This document shows positions 1 to 9,900 of a stretch of 64,000 nt of DNA, in pieces. Where the stretch lies: assembly GCA_027459625.1 (NCBI GenBank), contig DAIDHP010000014.1:921-64920 (forward strand). The letters are read 5' to 3'. Below the pieces are notes generated by a model. The model was given only the letters and a program-made list of their open reading frames with translations. It had not been told where the DNA came from and ran no database searches. The position numbers and the translations under genes are program-made. How positions within the stretch are numbered: the first letter of the stretch is position 1; the number at the start of each line of letters is the position of its first letter. Source of the stretch: Chthonomonadales bacterium (GTDB taxonomy: Bacteria > Armatimonadota > Chthonomonadetes > Chthonomonadales > CAJBBX01).

Positions 1-1
1 A

Positions 2-166
2 AAGCCAGTCAGAGCGTTCAATAGCATCGTCATGCCGCGTAAAGAGCATTTGGTTTGCGAGGCGATCTCTTCGGCTGTTTTACTCTCAGACGTCATTGCG
101 GAGAAAACGGATAGCTGCACCGCCGCGCAGAGCATCCTTGACGGCATAAAAGACATGTTCAACTGA
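2..166 (+). CDS. 3' end of an unidentified CDS (partial, window edge)
   Basis: Open frame from base 2 (KPVRAFNSIVMPRKEHLVCEAISSAVLLSDVIAEKTDSCTAAQSILDGIKDMFN) ending TGA at 164-166; no family recognised. Confidence 0.45.
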   Translation, partial: KPVRAFNSIVMPRKEHLVCEAISSAVLLSDVIAEKTDSCTAAQSILDGIKDMFN

Positions 167-276
167 AAAATGGGGGTGGAATCCATTTCCGGGTTCGGAT
201 TTTTTTGTTTTGCACTCATGATCAATTCCTTTTTCCAACAAATGATTGAAGCGATAGACTAATATTGACTTTCAGC

Positions 277-975
277 TTAGGGAGTGAATTGTTCGTTTCC
301 CGCTGGATAACTCGGAAGGGGATACGGACCGATTGCGGAGGATGTGTAAGAGCTTGCCCAGAAATTCGGCGGTCCCTGGCTTGCGGGAACCGAGTTGCTT
401 ACAGGTTTGATACCGTATTTCAAGTAAGCCACGATCGCCCAGAGATCGTTATCGGACATGTTACGCGTTGACGGCCAAGGCATTGGAGGTGCCAAATAGT
501 GAGGAGTTGACGGGAAATTCCCCTGACCAGGCGTGGTGGATGTGATGACGACCGATGGTGTGCTCGCGGGATCCAGCCCATATCTTAGGGCGTTGTATAT
601 CTGTTGATCCGTATACCCTCCGATGCCAGTCGTTTTATCGGGCGTCAAATTGGCGGCGTAAGTCGTGAATGGACCGATTTGGAATTTTCCCGCACCGGTT
701 GGATTTGGGATGTATCCCGCTAGCCAGTTGGAATCCGAAGGGTTGTTCACGCCTCTGTTGTGGCAATCCACACACCCGAAACTTGTGAGGATTGCGCGAC
801 CTTGAAGGACTTGGTTCATTGATGGAGTGCCGTTTGGTAAATTTGACGGACCGTTACCTCCTCCGCAACCATAGGAACTTATCAGAATGATAACCATGGT
901 GGCTGCGATCAAAGTACTGATGACGGAGGTGAAAATGATACGTTTCGGAGATTGGTCGAGGCCTTTATACGACAT
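277..975 (-). CDS. Mono-heme cytochrome c lipoprotein
   Basis: Hydrophobic signal with lipobox-like SYGC; CVDCH heme motif; YAANLTPD..TGIG and MPW motifs typical of dehydrogenase-type cytochrome c domains. Confidence 0.85.
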   Translation of the reverse strand: MSYKGLDQSPKRIIFTSVISTLIAATMVIILISSYGCGGGNGPSNLPNGTPSMNQVLQGRAILTSFGCVDCHNRGVNNPSDSNWLAGYIPNPTGAGKFQIGPFTTYAANLTPDKTTGIGGYTDQQIYNALRYGLDPASTPSVVITSTTPGQGNFPSTPHYLAPPMPWPSTRNMSDNDLWAIVAYLKYGIKPVSNSVPASQGPPNFWASSYTSSAIGPYPLPSYPAGNEQFTP

Positions 976-1124
976 GGTATTCCCCTTTACATAAAGCTAA
1001 ATGAGCACTTGGCTCGTTGGTGAAAAGACGGGTCAGGTCGTACAGTGTATCAAAAAACTATCATTAACTATGTATGATAGGTCCATACCTACGGAGAGGT
1101 GAATATTTATCGTAGATACATTCT

Positions 1125-1153
1125 ATTATATGCCTCTTTCATATGCAAGTCAA
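1125..1153 (-). promoter_or_regulatory. sigma70-type promoter for the cytochrome c gene
   Basis: Minus strand TTGACT-N17-TATAAT in an AT-rich region. Confidence 0.75.
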
Positions 1154-1265
1154 TACTTTTTTATATTTTATAAATCGGTTGGAAAAGTTCAATCCTTAAT
1201 TGATGTTTTCAGTCTGACGGGGTGCAGTGGATTTAGAGGATTGGGTGCGATGCTTATACAGTCAT

Positions 1266-1290
1266 AAAAAAAAAGGAGGCGAAAGCCTCC
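1266..1290 (-). terminator. Intrinsic terminator of ahcY
   Basis: GGAGGC-GAAA-GCCTCC hairpin next to a 9-A run (U-tract on the minus strand). Confidence 0.8.
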
Positions 1291-1318
1291 CATTTGAAAA
1301 AAATCGATTTATCGTTTA

Positions 1319-2716
<1,398 letters not shown>

Positions 2717-3003
2717 TCATCCTCCACATGACAAGCGACGGATTGGGGGAACATTATCGTCGGAATATCGTTTTATATCCTAGATATATTCGATTATTCA
2801 CGGTTCCTCGGGTTTTTCAATCTTGAACAACGAAAAGGAGAGGATGTTACGGCTTTTCTTAACTCTGACTGAAGCACAATTGGTAAATCCAATCTCGTTA
2901 CGATTTCGCTCCATCCGCTTAATCGGGCGCCGAAAGCGATAACGGAACTTCCAAATATAGGATGATCTACATTTATGAGTCAATCCCACGAAGGAGAAAC
3001 GCT

Positions 3004-3894
3004 ATGTGTGGAAAAAGATCGTATCCCGCCTTCACTTTGATTGAACTGCTTATTGTCATTGCGATTATCGCTCTTCTTTGCGCCATTCTGTTTCCGGTGT
3101 TCTACGCCGTGAAAGAGGGGGCAAACTCGGCGATGTGCAGTTCGAATTTACGGCAATTGGGTCAGGCGTTCGCGATGTACGCCTCGGATAAGGATGGCTG
3201 GTTTCCCTCCCCCGGAGGGCATAGAACCCTTTTAGGTGAGATTGGATCCGGATGGATACAGAGCGATGGACCGGGCATGGGCAAGGATAACGGAGGAATA
3301 TGGCCCTACGTGCAACAACGTGGCAACGGCGGGATGTCCAACGTTTGGGGATGCCCTCACGCTCTTCCCGGTCCCCCTTGGGCGTATTCCCCAGGTCAAA
3401 ATTATATCATGAACGATTATCTCCGTTGCTGGCATCCCGGGGAAGAGCGTATCTATCCATTTATAAAGTGGAATATCCCGCTTCAAGTGGAGGCTTACGC
3501 CTGCGGAATTAGCCCTGATAATCTCATCGTATCCCCGTCCGGGATCATCCTGCTTTTTGAGGGGGCTCAGCACTCCTCAATGCATAACACCAGCCGACCC
3601 GGTTCTCCGTTCTTCAACACCGGCGCCAGCGCAACTCCTCCACTATGCAAGGATATGCCGCAAAACTATCATCACGGAAGGGGAAATTACCTGTTTTGCG
3701 ACCTTCATGTTAAAGCCCTGTATGCGGGGAAGACCTGGACCGCAGAGGATCAACCCGCTTTCGAGAAGTACAACGGCCCGGGATATAACGAATGTAAGAC
3801 GCTTGCGGCAATATTGGACTTAGGAGGGGATTATCATGGTTCCGCTGATGAATCGATGTGGAACCCTCGCATACCTTCCGTGGTTTACCCGTAA
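3004..3894 (+). CDS. Prepilin-type N-terminal cleavage/methylation domain protein (DUF1559, H-X9-DG-like C-terminus)
   Basis: AFTLIELLIVIAIIALL, C.SNLRQLG.A..MY and HHGRGNYLFCDLHVK; SD AAGGAG before ATG 3004. Confidence 0.9.
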   Translation: MCGKRSYPAFTLIELLIVIAIIALLCAILFPVFYAVKEGANSAMCSSNLRQLGQAFAMYASDKDGWFPSPGGHRTLLGEIGSGWIQSDGPGMGKDNGGIWPYVQQRGNGGMSNVWGCPHALPGPPWAYSPGQNYIMNDYLRCWHPGEERIYPFIKWNIPLQVEAYACGISPDNLIVSPSGIILLFEGAQHSSMHNTSRPGSPFFNTGASATPPLCKDMPQNYHHGRGNYLFCDLHVKALYAGKTWTAEDQPAFEKYNGPGYNECKTLAAILDLGGDYHGSADESMWNPRIPSVVYP

Positions 3895-3912
3895 ACTCGT
3901 ATGCTTAAGTAT

Positions 3913-3941
3913 TTGACATCTGATGAATACGGCATCATAAT
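3913..3941 (+). promoter_or_regulatory. sigma70-type promoter upstream of purH
   Basis: TTGACA-N17-CATAAT. Confidence 0.65.
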
Positions 3942-3947
3942 ACATAT

Positions 3948-4034
3948 GAGGAGTTGCAAAAAACTCGATTTTGCCATGATATGAAATGTCAAAATCGCTT
4001 TGAACGTTTCATATTATGGAATTTGCAATGATCT
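3948..4034. repeat. Copy of dispersed ~85-bp TIR element
   Basis: Ends AGGAGTTGCAAAAAACTC / GGAATTTGCAATGATCT; interior shares AAATTCCAT..CGTT.AAAGCGAT..TGACAT with the 16079 copy. Confidence 0.55.
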
Positions 4035-4051
4035 CCTAAAACCGATTTTGC

Positions 4052-4124
4052 GATGGGCGTCACTGGCGCAGCAGGGGAGTTCACCCCAAGGGAGCGTCCA
4101 TCCGAATTTGCCGAGCGCCTGGGC
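4052..4124 (+). ncRNA. ZMP/ZTP (pfl) riboswitch
   Basis: GATGGGCGTCACTGGCG...GGGGAGTTCACCCC.AGGGAGCGTCCATC then GCCGAGCGCCTGGGC matches the pfl aptamer; lies directly upstream of purH. Confidence 0.92.
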
Positions 4125-4209
4125 TTCCACTTTATTAAAAGCGGAGTGTCCGGGCGCTTTTTGATTCCCGAACACGCCACCTTATTCAAGGGTATGAAAG
4201 GAGCAAACG

Positions 4210-5790
4210 ATGAGCGCGATAAAGCGTGCGTTGATTAGCGTATCGGACAAGACGGGCGTAGTGGATTTCGCCCGGGAGTTATCCGGGATGGGCGTGGAGA
4301 TTGTGTCGACGGGCGGAACGGCAAACGCCTTGAGAGAGGCTGGCGTTGCCGTAATTGGAGTGGAGGAGGTAACCCATTTTCCCGAGATGCTGGACGGAAG
4401 GGTGAAGTCGCTGCATCCTGCGGTTCATGGGGGATTGCTCGCCAGGCGCGATATTCCCGAGCATATGAAGACAATACAGGATCATGACATCAAACCGATA
4501 GACATGGTGTGTGTGAACCTATATCCCTTCGCTAAAACCATTTCAAATCCAGATGTGAAATTGGAGGAAGCTATAGAGAACATAGACATAGGCGGTCCTT
4601 CCATGGTTCGCTCGGCAGCAAAAAACCACGATGCCGTTACCGTGGTGGTGAACCCCGCCGATTACGCCGTCGTCCTGCAAGAGATGAAAGATAATGATGG
4701 AGAGACCCTTTTGGAAACTCGACGCAGACTCGCCGCCAAAGCGTTTTCCCATACCGCCCGATACGATTCTCTCATCTCTCGATTTTTGAGCAAACGTTTC
4801 AATCCGGAGGAGTATTTCCCGGAGGAGATCAGTTTCGGATATGTGAAGGCGCAGGATTGCCGATACGGAGAGAACCCGCATCAGAATGCGGCTTTTTATA
4901 AAGAGACGAATGTAATAGAGCCATGCGTCGGGAACGCAAAACAGATTCACGGGAAAGAGCTATCCTTCAATAACTTCTTTGACATCAACGCGGCTTTCGA
5001 AACGGTGAAGGAGTTTTCCGAAAGACCCGCCGCAGTGATTGTAAAGCACACAAATCCATGCGGAGCCGCAGTGGCGGATACATTGGCGGATGCCTTTCTT
5101 CGCGCAAGGATGGGCGACCCTGTATCCGCGTTCGGGGGAATACTGGCGGTGAATCGACCGTTGGATGTCGCAACTGCGGATGAGATTACGGGTAAGAACA
5201 CCTTTTTCGAGGCGATTATCGCTCCCTCTTTTGAGCCCAGGGCTTTGCCCGTTCTGACCGAAAAGAAAAAATGGGGCGCCAACCTTAGATTACTGGAGGC
5301 GGGTGATCTTGCCTTCCCTGCGAACCTTGCTTCGGAGTTTGATATGAAAAAGGTGGTCGGAGGGCTTTTGGTACAGGAGAGGGATCTTCGGATCGCTTCA
5401 CCGGAGACATGGAAAACGGTAACCAATCGCGCCCCATCCAAGGAGGAGTTGGAGGAACTTCTGTTCGCTTGGAAGATCGTCAAGCACGCAAAATCCAACG
5501 CCATTGTTTTTACTAGAAACAGGAAAGTGGTCGGAGTGGGAGCGGGACAGATGAATCGCGTTCAGTCGGTGAGATTGGCGGTGGAGCACGCAGGCGAAAA
5601 CGCCAAAAGCGCTGTGATGGCTTCCGACGCCTTCTTCCCCTTCCCGGACGGTCCGGAAGCCGCCGCCGAAGCTGGCATCGTCGCAGTGATACAGCCAGGA
5701 GGGTCGGTGAAAGATCAAGAGACAATCGACGTTTGCAACCGGTATAATATCGCCATGGTTTTTACAGGAATGCGTCATTTCCTGCATTAA
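4210..5790 (+). CDS. purH: Bifunctional AICAR transformylase / IMP cyclohydrolase
   Basis: RALISVSDKTG, FPEMLDGRVKSLHP, IDIGGPSM, RYGENPHQ, KHTNPCG, ASDAFFPF and TGMRHFLH motifs. Confidence 0.98.
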   Translation: MSAIKRALISVSDKTGVVDFARELSGMGVEIVSTGGTANALREAGVAVIGVEEVTHFPEMLDGRVKSLHPAVHGGLLARRDIPEHMKTIQDHDIKPIDMVCVNLYPFAKTISNPDVKLEEAIENIDIGGPSMVRSAAKNHDAVTVVVNPADYAVVLQEMKDNDGETLLETRRRLAAKAFSHTARYDSLISRFLSKRFNPEEYFPEEISFGYVKAQDCRYGENPHQNAAFYKETNVIEPCVGNAKQIHGKELSFNNFFDINAAFETVKEFSERPAAVIVKHTNPCGAAVADTLADAFLRARMGDPVSAFGGILAVNRPLDVATADEITGKNTFFEAIIAPSFEPRALPVLTEKKKWGANLRLLEAGDLAFPANLASEFDMKKVVGGLLVQERDLRIASPETWKTVTNRAPSKEELEELLFAWKIVKHAKSNAIVFTRNRKVVGVGAGQMNRVQSVRLAVEHAGENAKSAVMASDAFFPFPDGPEAAAEAGIVAVIQPGGSVKDQETIDVCNRYNIAMVFTGMRHFLH

Positions 5791-5895
5791 ACGAGGAATC
5801 CCATGTCTCCTTGGCAGACGGTTATTCGTGTTTTGAAATATGCGTATCCGAATGCTTAGGGTAGCGGGAGTTCCTCAGATTTCAAGGAGAGTTCA

Positions 5896-6648
5896 ATGGG
5901 TAAAATTCCGATTGCATTGCAGTTGTATTCCATTCGGGAACTCTGTGAGAAGGATCTCCCTGGGACGCTAAAAGCGGTCGCCAAGATGGGATACGATGGG
6001 GTCGAATTCGCTGGATATTACGGTAGGTCTGCGAATGAGTTGCGTAAGATGCTGGATGACCTTGGGCTTAAGTGCGCCGGTACGCATTTAAGTATAACTG
6101 TGCTTTTCGGAGATGAATTCAAGAAGACGGTGGAATTCAATAAGACGATCGGCAATCCTAATCTTATTGTCCCCGGTTTGCCAAGGGAGTTCACCTCCTC
6201 TCGGAACACCTGGTATCTAACCGCCTTGCTTTTTAACGAGCTAGCCGAGAAGGCGAAAGGGGAGGGGATGCGCGTGGGCTATCATAACCACCACACTGAA
6301 TTTCAGCCGCTGGATGGGGAGATGCCCTGGGATACCTTCTTCAGCATCGTTCGCAAGGATGTTATCATGCAGTTCGATGTGGGGAACGCCCGTCATGGCG
6401 GAGGGGATGCCTCGGTATTTTTGAAAAAATATCCTGGACGAGCCGTGACGGTTCACGTCAAGGAATACTCCACCACGAATGATACCGCTCTCATCGGCGA
6501 AGGCGATGTGAACTGGGCGGAGATTTTCGCGCTTTGCGAGGAGCAAGGTGTTACCGAGTGGTACATCGTGGAGCAGGAGAGCTACGCTCATCCTCCATTG
6601 GAATGCGTGGATTTGTGCCTCAAGAACCTTCGGGAGATGGGTAAGTAA
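5896..6648 (+). CDS. Sugar phosphate isomerase/epimerase (xylose-isomerase-like TIM barrel)
   Basis: LQLYSIR, GYDGVEFAG, YHNH..EF, QFDVG, HVKE and IVEQE motifs. Confidence 0.9.
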   Translation: MGKIPIALQLYSIRELCEKDLPGTLKAVAKMGYDGVEFAGYYGRSANELRKMLDDLGLKCAGTHLSITVLFGDEFKKTVEFNKTIGNPNLIVPGLPREFTSSRNTWYLTALLFNELAEKAKGEGMRVGYHNHHTEFQPLDGEMPWDTFFSIVRKDVIMQFDVGNARHGGGDASVFLKKYPGRAVTVHVKEYSTTNDTALIGEGDVNWAEIFALCEEQGVTEWYIVEQESYAHPPLECVDLCLKNLREMGK

Positions 6649-6775
6649 CGGAGTGCGGATCAATCGATCCTCTCCAAGATCGAGAGCGAATGTTAACTTG
6701 CCGTGTCCATTGCAGGAATTTATTGGCAAGTGTAAAACCGAAGGTGGTTTTTTTAATATTAAGAGGATATGCACC

Positions 6776-6804
6776 TTGACATAATAAGTAGAAAGTGATA
6801 TGCT
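6776..6804 (+). promoter_or_regulatory. sigma70-type promoter
   Basis: TTGACA-N17-TATGCT with an extended -10 TG. Confidence 0.6.
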
Positions 6805-6810
6805 TAATAT

Positions 6811-6994
6811 GGTCATAATCCCCACTACAATTGAAGAACAATGGAAGGCAAAAGCGATCCCCTTGTTGCGTCGCCTGCCTCGGTGACTCCGCAAAGCAAC
6901 ATGATGGTTGCCAATGTTGTTCGAAAGTGATGTATTTGGCCCGAGAATACCACATTTTAGGGATCCGGGAGCGTCGCCCTCGACGTTCCCGGAT
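6811..6994 (+). ncRNA. Candidate structured ncRNA (rod-like, possibly 6S-like)
   Basis: Nested pairings 6836-6842/6916-6922, 6847-6851/6908-6912, 6864-6869/6896-6901 and 6870-6875/6882-6887; bounded by a promoter and a 14-bp hairpin at 6963-6994. Confidence 0.4.
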
Positions 6995-7046
6995 ATTCTC
7001 CAAAATATTGACACGTCCTCCTTTTCATCGGTAAAATATTCCAGCC

Positions 7047-8666
7047 ATGCCGTCAGCAATAACTTCATCCGATTCCGACAATCATTCCCATGTAACACAC
7101 CGCATAGCATCTGCATCAATCATCATGATGACGGCGGTGCTTGCTAGTCGTGTTTTGGGTTTGATAAGGGACGCCGTCATCGCCAGCAAGTTCGGCCAAT
7201 CCTTCAATTCCGATATCTATTTCGCCGCATTTTCCATCCCCGATCTTTTTTCCTTTCTCATAACCGGAGGCGCGTTATCCGCCGTCTTCATACCTGTTTT
7301 CACCGAGAAACTAACTCAGGGAAAGGAGGAGGAGGCTTGGCACATCTTCAATTCGCTGGTCTGCGTGATGGTGATCGGGATTACAACTTTGGTCATCTTC
7401 GGGGAGATTTTCGCGAGGCCCTTGGTCGCCATCATGAACTTTGGCTTCACCCCCTACAAAATCGCACAAGCCACACCATTGACACGCATCGTATTGCCGG
7501 CGCAGTTGTGTTTTTTCGTCGGGGGATTGTTGATGGGCACGCAATATGCACGGCATCAATTCCTTATTCCCGCCTTAGGACCGATCATCTATAATCTGGG
7601 CATCATCTTCGGAGGCGTGGTTTTGGTTAGGTGGTTCGGCGTGGCTGGATTGTGCTGGGGGGTGCTTATCGGCGCCATCATTGGTAATCTCGCTTTGCAG
7701 CTATGGGCGACGATACGCAACGGCATGCGCTTTCATTTTACACTGGACCTCAAGCACCCGGATATCAAAAAAGTATGGCTTCTCATGCTCCCATTACTCT
7801 TGGGACAGGCGCTTCCTCAAGTGAGCATCATCGTAAATAAAATGTTCGCCTCCACGCTAGGAAACGGACCGCAGTCGATCCTGAACCGAGCTAATATGAT
7901 TATGCAGGTTCCTTTGGGTATTTTCGCACAGGCGATAGCCGTGGCGATTTTCCCGACGCTGGCTACTCAGGCTGCGTTGAAACGCAAGGATCAGATGCAA
8001 TCAACCACGAGCCTCGGGATCCGCGCCATTTTTTTTCTCACCATTCCCGCATCCGTATTTATGATCGTTCTTTCCCGTTCCATCATCCAGCTTTTATTAC
8101 AGCACGGTCAATTCACATCAATGGATTCAGTGGATACAGCCACGGCGTTAAGCTATTACGCCATTGGAATTTTCGCTTGGTCCGCTCAATCCATCATCGC
8201 AAGGACGTTTTACGCCATGATGGACACCATTACCCCAATCATTATCGGGACGATTGTAACTGCGGTGTTTGTACCCATGAATTGGTTATTCATGAAAACG
8301 TTGAATATGGGATACGCCGGTCTGGCACTCGCCACCACCATTGCCGCCGTGTTGAACATGATATGGCTGGCAGAAGTGTTACGAAGACGTCTAAAGGGGT
8401 TGGAGGGAAGGAGATTGATTCAGTCCACACTTAAGATCACTGTTTCGTCTCTTATAGCAGGCTCTGCGGCTTATGGATGTCGATTGTTATTTGACCATCG
8501 TCTGCACCCTCTCACCACGCACCATGTTAAGGTTGTATCCGGAATAACACTATTGGTGAGCGCTGGAATTGGAATAGCCGTTTATTTGTTATTTGCGATG
8601 ATTTTAAAAATCGAGGAATTGCAGGTGGCCATTCGGCTCTTGCGCCGTAAAGCCTTGGATAACTAA
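7047..8666 (+). CDS. murJ: Lipid II flippase MurJ (MviN)
   Basis: SRVLGLIRD, AAFSIPD, GALSAVFIP and RTFYA..DT.TP; multi-TM; promoter TTGACA-N18-TAAAAT at 7008-7037. Confidence 0.95.
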   Translation: MPSAITSSDSDNHSHVTHRIASASIIMMTAVLASRVLGLIRDAVIASKFGQSFNSDIYFAAFSIPDLFSFLITGGALSAVFIPVFTEKLTQGKEEEAWHIFNSLVCVMVIGITTLVIFGEIFARPLVAIMNFGFTPYKIAQATPLTRIVLPAQLCFFVGGLLMGTQYARHQFLIPALGPIIYNLGIIFGGVVLVRWFGVAGLCWGVLIGAIIGNLALQLWATIRNGMRFHFTLDLKHPDIKKVWLLMLPLLLGQALPQVSIIVNKMFASTLGNGPQSILNRANMIMQVPLGIFAQAIAVAIFPTLATQAALKRKDQMQSTTSLGIRAIFFLTIPASVFMIVLSRSIIQLLLQHGQFTSMDSVDTATALSYYAIGIFAWSAQSIIARTFYAMMDTITPIIIGTIVTAVFVPMNWLFMKTLNMGYAGLALATTIAAVLNMIWLAEVLRRRLKGLEGRRLIQSTLKITVSSLIAGSAAYGCRLLFDHRLHPLTTHHVKVVSGITLLVSAGIGIAVYLLFAMILKIEELQVAIRLLRRKALDN

Positions 8667-8685
8667 ACGCCGGTCTCCTCGCTTC

Positions 8686-9873
8686 TCATTTTGACTCCTC
8701 TTTTCGATTCATGGTTTGCAGCAACGGGCCAATGGTGATGCCCTGTACGATGATGGAGAATGCAACAACCGCAAAAGTTACGATGATAATATCCCCTCGT
8801 TGCGGTACTTCGGGGCTTAACCCCAATACCAACGCAAGCGCCAATGCTCCGCGCAAGCCTCCCCAAACCAATATATGCTGATTTGCGTTGGATACCTTGG
8901 ACCAGGTAAAGGATGCCATTGCGCAACACCCATAAACCGCCAAAGCTCTGCCCAAGATCACCAGGAGGATGGTGCAAATGATAGGAATCCAATAGTGCTC
9001 AAAGGCGTAGTGCGGCAGTCGCATTCCAATGAGAAGGAATATTATGGAGTTGGCAATAAACGCTACATACTCCCAAAATGAGATTACGGCATCCCTGCCT
9101 TTTTTCGTAAGTATCCCATTAGTACCGGCATTGCCGAATACCAGTCCCGCTGTCATCGCGGCAAGAACGCCGGACAAATGAAAATGCTCCGCCAACAAGA
9201 AGGAGCCATATGCGGCAACGGTCGTAAATGTGATTTCGATAAGATGATCTTCGGTATGGCGAGTAAGAAGCATTACGAATAATGTGAATAAGCCCCCACA
9301 TAGGATCCCTCCGAATGCAGTGTAAAGGAACGCAATGCATACTCCTGCGGCTGTGATGTGCGCACCCCCCAGGGCGGCGAGCGCCACCATGAAAAGCACT
9401 GCGACCGTACCGTCATTGAAGAGACTTTCGGATTCCACAAGTAATCGAAGCCGCCCCTGGATTCCGATCTCCTTGAATGTTGCGATCACGGACACCGGGT
9501 CGGTGGCGGATAGCAGAACGCCAAGAAGAATAACAGTGGGCCAAGACCACATTGTTGCGACTTTTAATCCTGTCGCCACCAATATCGCGGACAGCAAAAC
9601 CCCTAATGTGGAAAGAAGTGTAACAACACCAACCTCCTTGCGAAGATCTTTCCATGGGATTTGAATGGCGGCTTCGAAAATAAGCGGAGGGAGGAGAACA
9701 TTAAAGATAAGAGTTTTGGTTAAGGGGATTTCTCGGACATTGGGAAGGAACGCTAACCCAGCCCCGGCGAGCACCAAGCCAACTGTATAAGGAAGACGCA
9801 AGAGGCGCGCCAACATGGCTACGACCGCCGCCACCAATAATAAAGCCTCAATCTGCTCGATATTCAACCCCAT
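8686..9873 (-). CDS. CPA1-family Na+/H+ antiporter
   Basis: LLPPLIFEAA, SATDPVSV, ESLFNDG and WGGLRGAL motifs. Confidence 0.93.
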   Translation of the reverse strand: MGLNIEQIEALLLVAAVVAMLARLLRLPYTVGLVLAGAGLAFLPNVREIPLTKTLIFNVLLPPLIFEAAIQIPWKDLRKEVGVVTLLSTLGVLLSAILVATGLKVATMWSWPTVILLGVLLSATDPVSVIATFKEIGIQGRLRLLVESESLFNDGTVAVLFMVALAALGGAHITAAGVCIAFLYTAFGGILCGGLFTLFVMLLTRHTEDHLIEITFTTVAAYGSFLLAEHFHLSGVLAAMTAGLVFGNAGTNGILTKKGRDAVISFWEYVAFIANSIIFLLIGMRLPHYAFEHYWIPIICTILLVILGRALAVYGCCAMASFTWSKVSNANQHILVWGGLRGALALALVLGLSPEVPQRGDIIIVTFAVVAFSIIVQGITIGPLLQTMNRKEESK

Positions 9874-9900
9874 ATTATATATACGATACCCTGAATCGCC

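Noticed and set aside
6831-7034. Cys-rich 67-aa ORF
   Set aside because: TTG start without SD; it runs through a strong hairpin and the murJ promoter, so the RNA interpretation is preferred but not proven
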